From contig JBCNPS010000001.1 in the NCBI GenBank assembly GCA_039593235.1, forward strand, positions 1-46,344: 46,344 nt of DNA. The letters run 5' to 3'. Below are positions 38,420-46,344 of the stretch, piece by piece. Position 1 is the first letter of the stretch. Every line of letters starts with the position of its first letter. This stretch comes from Chitinophaga sp. Its GTDB lineage: Bacteria > Bacteroidota > Bacteroidia > Chitinophagales > Chitinophagaceae. Made by a program: the position numbers and the translations under genes. The notes beneath the pieces were generated by a model. The model had not been told where the DNA came from. It saw nothing but the letters and a program-made list of their open reading frames with translations, and did not search any database.

Positions 38420-38563
38420 TCAGGGTTTTCTTGGAGGAATTGTTCCGGTTTCGCCACCGGTATCATCCATAGTAGTAACCTGTTCGCCATTGTTGTGATT
38501 ACCGTTATTGGAATGGCTGGGGCATAAGAATGCCAGGAAAAAGCTAAATATGATATGAAACAT
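38420..38563 (-). CDS. Unannotated 47-aa exported peptide (putative signal precursor)
   Basis: MFHIIFSFFLAFLCPSHSNNGNHNNGEQVTTMDDTGGETGTIPPRKP*. A-rich Bacteroidota start context (AAAAAATAAAATT-ATG), upstream TATCTTTG box and a terminator just after the stop. Below the ORF-track cutoff. Confidence 0.8.
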   Translation of the reverse strand: MFHIIFSFFLAFLCPSHSNNGNHNNGEQVTTMDDTGGETGTIPPRKP

Positions 38564-38795
38564 AATTTTATTTTTTGAATGTTTAAGAAATAGGCTGCCA
38601 GTTGCCGGGCAGCCGGCAGCGGAGTTGAGAATCAGTGAAGAAGCGCTTCTTGCTTTTTAGGGAAGTGTGGGCGTGGATTACGGAAGCTGATGATCGCTTC
38701 CCAAGCCGGTAACCGGCTTCCGCTTTCTTTGCCCGGGTTGAATCGGTTCTGTACAGGGAGCCTCTTAGCTAAGGAGGCGTTACCCGATTGCAAAA

Positions 38796-38803
38796 CAAAG
38801 ATA
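38796..38803 (-). promoter_or_regulatory. -7 promoter box (TATCTTTG) for the peptide transcript
   Basis: Exact match to the Bacteroidota TAnnTTTG consensus. Confidence 0.55.
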
Positions 38804-38830
38804 GATCGGGCTAAATGGTTGATTTACATG

Positions 38831-38905
38831 TAATTCCAATAATTCCGATAATTCCAGGTATTCCATTTGTAATTCCGGGAATGCGGGTTTAATTCCGATT
38901 ATTCA
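38831..38905. repeat. TAATTCC direct-repeat cluster in the divergent promoter region
   Basis: TAATTCC at 38831, 38840, 38849, 38870 and 38890, with variants GTATTCC at 38858 and TTATTCA at 38899. The first four have a 9-bp period. Confidence 0.8.
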
Positions 38906-38922
38906 GTTCTATAATTTTACTT

Positions 38923-39897
38923 ATGGCGACATATTTTCCTGACTATCAGCAGCTGGTCATGCAGGCGTATGAACGAAAGAAGGCAAACAATACACTACCT
39001 CATGGCCTGATGCACCTTACCCCCGGGAAACTCAAAGACGAATGCGTAAAAAGATGTACAAGAGATGTAAACAGGCGGGATGAAAAGATTATCAGGGATT
39101 TTTGCGGGGATTTGAATGAATCAAAAAGCTGCCATGCTATCATGCAGCGATGCGATACGGATAAGTTCAGACCATTGGTGAATTATCTGAAAAGGAAATC
39201 TGAAAGTACAGATGAGAAGAATATCGAGCTCCTGGCCTGGCTAATCGACTTCTCCGGCCGGCCCTGGGAAATGGGAAAAACGATTTCCGGCGATGAGGAC
39301 AAAGGCCCGGCATTAAATGATGCCAGCACTTTAACAGAAAACCAGGCAGCGGCATCAAATTCCCCAGCCAGTCCAAGCTATAAACAGACTGAGAGTGAGA
39401 TAATTCCGGAAAATCCGGCAATTCCAGTTTTGATGGATAGCTCAACGGAAAAGAAAGGCGCAGGTGTTAAGGCCGCAGAAGCCAGTGGTCAAAAAAAATT
39501 TAGAGGGAGATCCGCCAAAACACTGGCAGCCGCGGTTATTTTATCGCTGGCTTTAGGAACAGGCGGCATGTGGTGGTGGAAAGATAAGCCAGGCTCCGGT
39601 GGTAACTGCATGTATTGGCTGGAAGATCATTATGAGTCCATAGCCTGTAACCAGAAAATACCTAATGCAAGGATCATTGCATTAGATACCTTGAAGTTGA
39701 AAAATTTCAGGAAGATAACCAGGCCGGACACCATTACCTACCAGGCCATAGGAAAGGTCTGGTATTCTAAAATTAATGGCAAACTGGAATACTATACTTC
39801 CCGGGGAGAGCATCCGGTGGTCTTTGACCATCAGCTGAAGCCAATTACCATCTATATTATCGATAAGTACATCCGGTCGGGCATGATCACGAAATAA
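38923..39897 (+). CDS. Single-pass membrane protein with helical (possibly HTH) cytoplasmic domain and Cys-containing periplasmic domain
   Basis: About 115-aa helical N-domain (FRPLVNYLKRK...NIELLAWLIDF), low-complexity linker, TM helix TLAAAVILSLALGTGGMWWW and C-domain starting CMYWLEDHYESIAC. Confidence 0.7.
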   Translation: MATYFPDYQQLVMQAYERKKANNTLPHGLMHLTPGKLKDECVKRCTRDVNRRDEKIIRDFCGDLNESKSCHAIMQRCDTDKFRPLVNYLKRKSESTDEKNIELLAWLIDFSGRPWEMGKTISGDEDKGPALNDASTLTENQAAASNSPASPSYKQTESEIIPENPAIPVLMDSSTEKKGAGVKAAEASGQKKFRGRSAKTLAAAVILSLALGTGGMWWWKDKPGSGGNCMYWLEDHYESIACNQKIPNARIIALDTLKLKNFRKITRPDTITYQAIGKVWYSKINGKLEYYTSRGEHPVVFDHQLKPITIYIIDKYIRSGMITK

Positions 39898-40053
39898 ATC
39901 TGAGTCTGTTCATGGCAGCTAAAGCAGCCTATTTCCACAAATATCAGAAAACACAAAAAAAACAACATTTATGTCTCTTCACCGGTGAACACACCACCTA
40001 TTTTTGCAAACTAAAGTTATGCCCGTTGAAAAACACTTATTTATGTTCATAAC

Positions 40054-40875
40054 ATGCAGATAAAGATCCTTTGTACACGATGGGGCCATGAAAACATCCC
40101 CATAGAAGCTTTCCTTGAAAACGTAAAATCCGCAGGATACGACGGCATCGATTCCTGGCTACCCGAAAATAAAAGCGACAGGCTGCTGTTTATCAAATGT
40201 AGTAAGGAACTGGGATTGCCGATAGTTGTACAACAACATCAGGCGGAGGGTGCGGATATACAAACCTTTTGCAGGAGCTTTGAATATCACCTGAATGCGG
40301 CGATGGAATGTGAACCGCTAATCATTAATTCGCATTCAGGGAGAGATTTCTTTACGATCAATGAACAATTGGCGGTTATTGATGCGGCGGAAAATTTTTC
40401 TGCCAGGAATAATATTGTTATCGCACATGAAACGCACCGGGGAAGAATTGGATGCAGCCCTGGCAATGCAAAGGAACTGTTTAAGCTAAGACCTTCCATG
40501 AAAGTAACTGCTGATTTCTCACACTGGGTTTGCGTTACAGAAAGCTATCTTGAAGGGTTCAAAGAAACGGTGAACGAAGCAATCAGGCGCACCGTACATA
40601 TACACGCCCGTGTGGGTTTTCCTGAAGGACCGCAGATTCCTGATCCGCGACTGCCGGAATGGGCGGAGCCGCTGAACTACTTTACCGGCCTGTGGTCCCG
40701 GATTATCCGGGAAAAGGAAGCCGAAGGCGTATCCTTGCTTACCATTACAACGGAGTTTGGACCACCGCCTTATATGTGGACTACTTCGCCCGGTAATACC
40801 CCGGTAGCATCGCAATGGGAAGTGAATTTATTTATGATGCATCTGCTGAGAAATATAATTGCTTCACAACAATAA
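40054..40875 (+). CDS. Sugar phosphate isomerase/epimerase (xylose-isomerase-like TIM barrel)
   Basis: AGYDGID, HETHRGR, DFSHW, HIHARVG and TEFGP metal-binding pattern. Confidence 0.85.
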   Translation: MQIKILCTRWGHENIPIEAFLENVKSAGYDGIDSWLPENKSDRLLFIKCSKELGLPIVVQQHQAEGADIQTFCRSFEYHLNAAMECEPLIINSHSGRDFFTINEQLAVIDAAENFSARNNIVIAHETHRGRIGCSPGNAKELFKLRPSMKVTADFSHWVCVTESYLEGFKETVNEAIRRTVHIHARVGFPEGPQIPDPRLPEWAEPLNYFTGLWSRIIREKEAEGVSLLTITTEFGPPPYMWTTSPGNTPVASQWEVNLFMMHLLRNIIASQQ

Positions 40876-41025
40876 CCCTCCCGTATTCAGCTCCACATTA
40901 TTTTACCTGCTAACGCATTTTTGCTAACTTTATCTCTTACACGTTATGCTGTGTTGATGGGCGGAAATCTTTCCCACCTTTAATAACACCGGTTGCAACC
41001 AATATTTAAGAGAAAAGATAATTCA

Positions 41026-41910
41026 ATGGGTAATAACTTTTTTAAATATCTGAATACAGGTCCAATCGAGGAGAAATGGGGAATTTATGTAACTACGGTG
41101 GGGTATTCAAAAGTAACACCGAATGAACGTTATCCCAAAGAAGAACATCCCCAAAGCCATCAGCTTACATGGAACAGGGGAAGGATTCTGACGGACTATT
41201 ACATGATATTTATTTCTAAGGGAAAAGGAACGTTCTGTTCAGCATTAACCGAGCCGGTGGAAATTGAGGAGGGAACCTGTTTTTTTCTTTTCCCGGGAGT
41301 ATGGCATCGTTACAGGCCGGATATCCGCTCGGGATGGGAAGAATACTGGGTGGGCTTTCATGGGTACTATGTTGATCAACTGATGAAACAGGGCTTTTTT
41401 GATCCTGATCAGCCATGTCTCAAAACAGGGCTGGATAGAGATATGCTGGTATTATTTAAGAAGATGATTGATGTTGTAAATGCCTCGCTTGTAGGTTACT
41501 CACAACAGATTGCAGGTTTAACACTTCAGATACTCGGTTTGGTCAATACCATATCGCTCAGCAAACAATATGATCATAGCCCGCTGGAAAAGGCAATAAC
41601 GAAAGCAAAGTTCCTGCTACAGGAATCACTGGAGCATCCTGTAGATATCCCGGAACTTGCCCGGCAATTGCCTATGGGATATTCGGCATTCAGGAAGAAT
41701 TTCAAGGCAGTAACGGGGCTGTCGCCTAATCAATACCATTTAAATTTACGCATAGAAAGGGCAAAAGAACTGCTTGAATCAACATTGCTTAACGTGGAGG
41801 AAATCGCTGATCAAACTGGGTTCGACAGCATTTATTATTTCTCCAGGATCTTTAAGAAGAAGGTGGGCCTTTCTCCTAATACTTATCGTAAAACATTTGC
41901 CGTTGAATGA
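41026..41910 (+). CDS. AraC family transcriptional regulator
   Basis: Cupin domain (FPGVWHRYRP...GWEEYWVGF) plus double HTH (GLSPNQY...GFDSIYYFSRIFKK..GLSP..YR). Start at ATG 41026. Confidence 0.92.
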   Translation: MGNNFFKYLNTGPIEEKWGIYVTTVGYSKVTPNERYPKEEHPQSHQLTWNRGRILTDYYMIFISKGKGTFCSALTEPVEIEEGTCFFLFPGVWHRYRPDIRSGWEEYWVGFHGYYVDQLMKQGFFDPDQPCLKTGLDRDMLVLFKKMIDVVNASLVGYSQQIAGLTLQILGLVNTISLSKQYDHSPLEKAITKAKFLLQESLEHPVDIPELARQLPMGYSAFRKNFKAVTGLSPNQYHLNLRIERAKELLESTLLNVEEIADQTGFDSIYYFSRIFKKKVGLSPNTYRKTFAVE

Positions 41911-41936
41911 AACTCCGGTAAGTCTGTTTCATCGCC

Positions 41937-42830
41937 TTATTTGCCTTTTATCTTATCGCGGTATTCACCGGGCGATAACCCTGTTTTTGATTTAAAGAAC
42001 GTTACAAAATAGCTGGCAGACTCAAAGTTCAGGTGAAAAGCAATTTCCTTTACCGGTAATACCGTACTGGCCAGCAATTCTTTTGATTTCTGCAATTTTA
42101 TTTCAAGTTGATATTGGGCGGGCGAAAATCCTGTATACTGTTTAAATACTCTTCTGAACCAGGAATAGCCAATGTTTAGTGTTTTAGCGATGGATTCGGG
42201 AGTAACATCATCACCGGTTTTTTCGCGCATCATCATTCTTGCTTTATCAATCTGGGCGATGATGGCTTTATCCCTGAAAGAATTGTTTTTCTCAGCGTAA
42301 AAGATAAAACCCAACAACAGGCTGGTAATGCCGGCAAGTACCTGCTGGTAGGCCGTTTTCTGGTAGTTGGCTGTTTCAATACCCTGGTTGAACAAAGCCA
42401 CGATCTGTTCATTAAACCCTACATTATAGACCGGGCTTTTCCGGGAAAAGAAGAGATTACCGGTTAACTGTTTCATGTAACTGCCATTAAAACCTACCCA
42501 GTATTCATTCCATCCCTGGCCTTTAAGCGGCCGGTAGGTATGCCATTCCCCGGGAAACAGCAACAGGATAGTACCGGCAACCACTTTAGTTAGCTTGCAG
42601 CTTGCCGATTCAAATGAACCTTCTCCTTCTGTAATATACAGCAGGATGTATTCCTGCAACACCCTCCCGGTATTGGGACTGAACCAATATGCCGACGGGT
42701 GGCTTTTAGGAGGGTAGTCACTGTTGGGAGATATCACCTGGAAACCAATAGTAGTGGTGTATAATCCCCACAGTTCGTCTGTTTCATTTACTGTCAGGTA
42801 ATTGACGTTTTGATTCCTTTTATTTTTCAT
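41937..42830 (-). CDS. AraC family transcriptional regulator (paralogue of the convergent neighbour)
   Basis: FPGEWHTYRP...GWNEYWVGF and GFSPAQY...FESASYF..FFKSKTGLSP.EYR. Confidence 0.92.
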   Translation of the reverse strand: MKNKRNQNVNYLTVNETDELWGLYTTTIGFQVISPNSDYPPKSHPSAYWFSPNTGRVLQEYILLYITEGEGSFESASCKLTKVVAGTILLLFPGEWHTYRPLKGQGWNEYWVGFNGSYMKQLTGNLFFSRKSPVYNVGFNEQIVALFNQGIETANYQKTAYQQVLAGITSLLLGFIFYAEKNNSFRDKAIIAQIDKARMMMREKTGDDVTPESIAKTLNIGYSWFRRVFKQYTGFSPAQYQLEIKLQKSKELLASTVLPVKEIAFHLNFESASYFVTFFKSKTGLSPGEYRDKIKGK

Positions 42831-43209
42831 TGGTGTGTCAAAAAGTTAAATGATTCCATCAGAATTTATCACTGCGCCTTTTAGATTCAGGTTACTTTGC
42901 ATTACCAACTTCATTGAAAAACAGGATAGATGATTACTGAAATATTAAAGTTCCGACTGACTTTAAATTGTTTTATGGCGAAATAATTTTGATAGAAAGT
43001 TTTCATATAAAAGTAGCGCTTTTTGTGATGATAGCAACGTTTCATTTCGGCTGCAAAGCAGCAACCGGAGGTTAAATTCACGTTTGAAAAATTAAGTTTT
43101 TATGAATGCATCAACCACCTGTCGGCCTGTCGCCGCACAGAAATAATCGTCGTGTCTAAATTGTAAATAATTCCACTACCAGCGATGTTTAAAACCAAAA
43201 TCTCATGTT

Positions 43210-46200
43210 ATGTTAAACAAGCAATTTGATTCTCTATTGCCTATCAAAGCATCATTTTTATTGCTATTCCTTTTGGGCATCTCACAAATTTCTTTTGCTC
43301 AGCAAAAAATAACGGTAAGCGGTAATGTTGTGTCAGACAGCAGTCAACCCGTTGCCAATGTATCTATAAGAATAAAAGGCGGGACTGCCGGTGGAACCAC
43401 TGATGAAAACGGCTCCTTTAAGATTAGCGTTGCTAAGGGTGCAGTCCTGCTTTTTTCTTCTATAGGTTATGAAGAAAAACAGGTAACAGCCATGAAAGAT
43501 GGAGAGGTACTAACGGTGATGCTTACCCCAAGCAATGCCAGGTTAAATGACATTGTAGTGGTTGGATACGGAACCCGCAAAAAAGAAACCCTTACAGGCT
43601 CCATTGCTTCTGTTAAAGGAAGCGACCTGGTTAAATCACCGGCGGGTAATTTCTCCAATTCGTTGGCAGGCCGGTTACCGGGTTTGGTGGCTATTACCAG
43701 AACAGGCGAGCCTGGAAATGACGGATCCACATTAAGGATACGTGGGGCCAATACACTTGGCGATAATTCCCCGCTTGTTGTTGTTGACGGTATCGCCGGC
43801 AGAAGCCTGGAACGGCTGGATCCTGCCACCATTGAATCTGTTACGATCTTAAAAGATGCGTCTGCAGCTATATACGGATCACAGGCGGCCAACGGCGTTA
43901 TCCTTGTTACCACCAAACGCGGTGCATCCGGTAAGCCCACCATCCAGTTTTCCCTGAACCAGGGATGGAATACTCCTACCGTTCTTCCCAAAATGGCAGA
44001 TGCGCCACTTTATGCACAGTTGCAGAATGAAATTTCCGCTGCTTATCATCCCGGCGACCCATTGCCTTATTCGGCGGAAGATATCCAGAAGTATAAAGAT
44101 GGCTCTGATCCCTGGGGACATCCCAATACGGATTGGTTTAAAGAAACAATCAGGAAAAATTCTCCGCAACGTTACGGCAACTTAACATTGTCCGGCGGCG
44201 CTGAGGCCATAAAGTATTTCATTTCACTCGGATCGAATTTTACCGATGGGATTTTCAGGGACGGAGCTACCAACTATTCGCAGACCAATTTTCAAAGTAA
44301 TATTGACGCAAAAGTTACGAACAACATCCGTTTGAGTTTTGATGTGGTGGGGCGGCAGGAAAACAGGAACTATTCAGGAGGAGGCGCCAATGGAGGAAGC
44401 GCCGATCAGGCACAAAATGTTTTCTGGGCATTAAACAGGTCTTTTCCCACCTGGCCGGCAAGATGGCCTAATGGCTTACCCGGACCGGATATTGAATATG
44501 GCGCTAACCCGGTAGTGCTGGTTACAGATGCCACGGGCTACACCAAATCAAGAAGCTATATTTTTCAAAGTAATGTAAGGCTCGTGGTTACTATTCCATG
44601 GGTAAAAGGACTGTCGCTGACCGGTAATGCGGCAGTGGACAGAACTATTGTCAGTACCAAACAATTCAGGAAGCCGTGGTTCCTCTATACCTGGGACAAA
44701 ACAAGTTTAGATTCCAATGGAACCCCGCTGCTGGTAGCATCCAAAAAAGGGAATACAGATCCGCGACTGCAACAGTGGATGGATAACAATTCTAATGTAA
44801 CGCTCAATGCGCTGTTAAATTATGACAGGGTTTTTGATAAGCATGATATTAAAGTTCTTTTTGCTGCGGAACGTATTGCCGGTGATAACATGAATTTCTG
44901 GGCTTTCAGGAGAAACTATACCAGCGATATCCTTGACGAACTGGATTTAGGAAGTAATGAATTAAAAGACAACGGAGGATCATCCGGCGTGGCGCGAAGG
45001 TTAGATTATTTCGGAAGATTAAGCTATGCCTATGACGCAAAGTACCTCGCTGAATTTGTATGGAGATACGACGGCTCTTATATCTTTGACCCGGCCGGTA
45101 AGCAATTTGGATTTTTCCCCGGGATATCACTGGGATACAGGATCTCTAATGAAAAATTCTGGAAAGATAATATCACTTTTATCAATGAAATGAAAATAAG
45201 AGGCTCCTGGGGAAAAACAGGTAACGACCGGATAGGACCCTATCAATACCTTACTACCTATGGCTACAATGGTGGTTATGTATTTAATGAAAATGTTCCG
45301 CAACAGGCGTTGAAAGCATTGCGTATCCCAAACGCCGGGGTTACCTGGGAAATAGCCAATCAATCCAATATCGGCGCTGATGTGGAACTGCTCAATAATA
45401 AATTGGCTGTAAGCGCTGATTATTTCTACAACCTGCGTACAAACATCCTGGCCTACAGAAACGCTTCTGTGCCAGGTTCTGCAGGATTAAGCCTGCCGCA
45501 GGAGAATATCGGGGAAGTGGTTAACAAGGGCTTTGAATTGCAGGCATCATATCGCGGTAGTACCGGCGATTTCAGGTACCAGGTGTCTGCCAACGGGGCC
45601 TGGGCAAAGAATCATATTAAGTTCTGGGATGAAACACCCGGTGTGCCGGATTATCAGAAGTCTACCGGCAACCAGATGAACGCAAGATTGTATTACCAGG
45701 CAATAGGCGTATTCGTAGACCAGGCAGCGATTGATAAATACCCTCATTGGACAGGCGCCCGCCCCGGGGATATTATATTCAAAGATGTAAATAACGATGG
45801 AAAGATTGATGGCCAGGACCAGGTGAGAAGCAGCAAAACCACCATACCAACATTTACCGGAGGGCTCAATATCGATTTGCAGTATAAGAACTTTTACGCC
45901 ACTGTATTATTCCAGGGAGCGGCTGGTGCGGAAAGATCCTACCGGACCTTTTCCGGGGGGCCAGGTGTCGGAAACTTTATGTACAATCTTGTAAAAGACC
46001 GCTGGACGCCGGAACATCCAAGTGCTGTTAACCCGAGAGTATGGGAGCGTGGAGGCGCATATTGGATGACAGATGGAGAACCTAATAACACCTACTTTGT
46101 TAGAAGCAGCGACTATTTAAGATTGAAAAACTTTGAGGTTGGTTATAACCTGTCATCCGGCATTGCGCAAAAAATAGGCATACAATCGCTGAGGATCTAT

Positions 46201-46344
46201 GTCAGCGCCCTGAACTTTTTGACGTTTACAAAGATGAAGGATTTCGATCCGGAATCTCCGGACGACGCTCCCGGCTCCATTTGGGTAAACAGTGAGGTGT
46301 ATCCTTTGAACAAAACCACCAACGTTGGATTAACAGCAACATTC
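43210..46344 (+). CDS. susC: SusC/RagA family TonB-linked transporter (stop codon just outside the window)
   Basis: Absent from the ORF track because there is no stop. It starts MLNKQFDSLL...AQQKITVSG and contains VVVGYGTRKKETLTGSI and ILKDASAAIYGSQAANGVILVTTKRG. The same frame ends at the window edge with the terminal strand NVGLTATF. Confidence 0.93.
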   Translation, partial: MLNKQFDSLLPIKASFLLLFLLGISQISFAQQKITVSGNVVSDSSQPVANVSIRIKGGTAGGTTDENGSFKISVAKGAVLLFSSIGYEEKQVTAMKDGEVLTVMLTPSNARLNDIVVVGYGTRKKETLTGSIASVKGSDLVKSPAGNFSNSLAGRLPGLVAITRTGEPGNDGSTLRIRGANTLGDNSPLVVVDGIAGRSLERLDPATIESVTILKDASAAIYGSQAANGVILVTTKRGASGKPTIQFSLNQGWNTPTVLPKMADAPLYAQLQNEISAAYHPGDPLPYSAEDIQKYKDGSDPWGHPNTDWFKETIRKNSPQRYGNLTLSGGAEAIKYFISLGSNFTDGIFRDGATNYSQTNFQSNIDAKVTNNIRLSFDVVGRQENRNYSGGGANGGSADQAQNVFWALNRSFPTWPARWPNGLPGPDIEYGANPVVLVTDATGYTKSRSYIFQSNVRLVVTIPWVKGLSLTGNAAVDRTIVSTKQFRKPWFLYTWDKTSLDSNGTPLLVASKKGNTDPRLQQWMDNNSNVTLNALLNYDRVFDKHDIKVLFAAERIAGDNMNFWAFRRNYTSDILDELDLGSNELKDNGGSSGVARRLDYFGRLSYAYDAKYLAEFVWRYDGSYIFDPAGKQFGFFPGISLGYRISNEKFWKDNITFINEMKIRGSWGKTGNDRIGPYQYLTTYGYNGGYVFNENVPQQALKALRIPNAGVTWEIANQSNIGADVELLNNKLAVSADYFYNLRTNILAYRNASVPGSAGLSLPQENIGEVVNKGFELQASYRGSTGDFRYQVSANGAWAKNHIKFWDETPGVPDYQKSTGNQMNARLYYQAIGVFVDQAAIDKYPHWTGARPGDIIFKDVNNDGKIDGQDQVRSSKTTIPTFTGGLNIDLQYKNFYATVLFQGAAGAERSYRTFSGGPGVGNFMYNLVKDRWTPEHPSAVNPRVWERGGAYWMTDGEPNNTYFVRSSDYLRLKNFEVGYNLSSGIAQKIGIQSLRIYVSALNFLTFTKMKDFDPESPDDAPGSIWVNSEVYPLNKTTNVGLTATF

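Larger units (their letters stand above)
31493..39900. mobile_element. Putative tRNA-Ser-associated genomic island or island remnant (right boundary uncertain)
   Basis: Starts at the tRNA 3' duplication, is visibly AT-richer than the PUL genes, and carries nucleases and hypothetical genes. No integrase or distal att copy is seen. Confidence 0.55.

Noticed and set aside
38831-38905. TAATTCC repeats as a CRISPR array or replication iterons
   Set aside because: The units are 7 bp with mostly 2-bp spacers, and there are no cas or rep genes.
43102-43146. 14-codon upstream ORF (MNASTTCRPVAAQK) before susC
   Set aside because: Too short to distinguish from chance, with no attenuator or informative codon run.

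Overview
Bacteroidota DNA, most similar in style to Chitinophagaceae (SusC/SusD pairs, GLPGLI protein, TAnnTTTG promoter boxes). The first ~108 bp are foreign: a GC-rich Pseudomonas-type hemE fragment, probably a chimeric contig end. From left to right: a SnoaL-like protein; a TonB siderophore receptor; a GntR-regulated polysaccharide utilisation locus (MFS, PMI-like cupin, GH38-like enzyme, SusD, SusC, (alpha/alpha)6 hydrolase); a repeat lipoprotein; an SNF2 helicase; an SDR plus IlvD/Edd dehydratase; an outer-membrane barrel plus GLPGLI protein; AraC plus VOC; a thioesterase; and tRNA-Ser(TGA) with a duplicated 3' half. An AT-richer accessory block follows (about 31.6-39.9 kb), then a TIM-barrel isomerase, two AraC regulators and a second SusC. 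The best candidate for an undescribed system is in the accessory block. It has an unannotated 47-aa exported peptide gene, a lipoprotein-type TPR histidine kinase, a NarL-type response regulator and a divergent membrane-anchored putative DNA-binding protein. Downstream is a seven-gene operon with two nucleases, a membrane/coiled-coil protein and small Cys/His proteins. The same 14-bp quasi-palindrome lies exactly 22 bp upstream of a TAnnTTTG box in two places: in front of that operon, and inside the kinase coding sequence in front of the response regulator. This suggests a peptide-triggered, self-amplifying switch. All functional assignments come from motif reading by eye; no searches were run.
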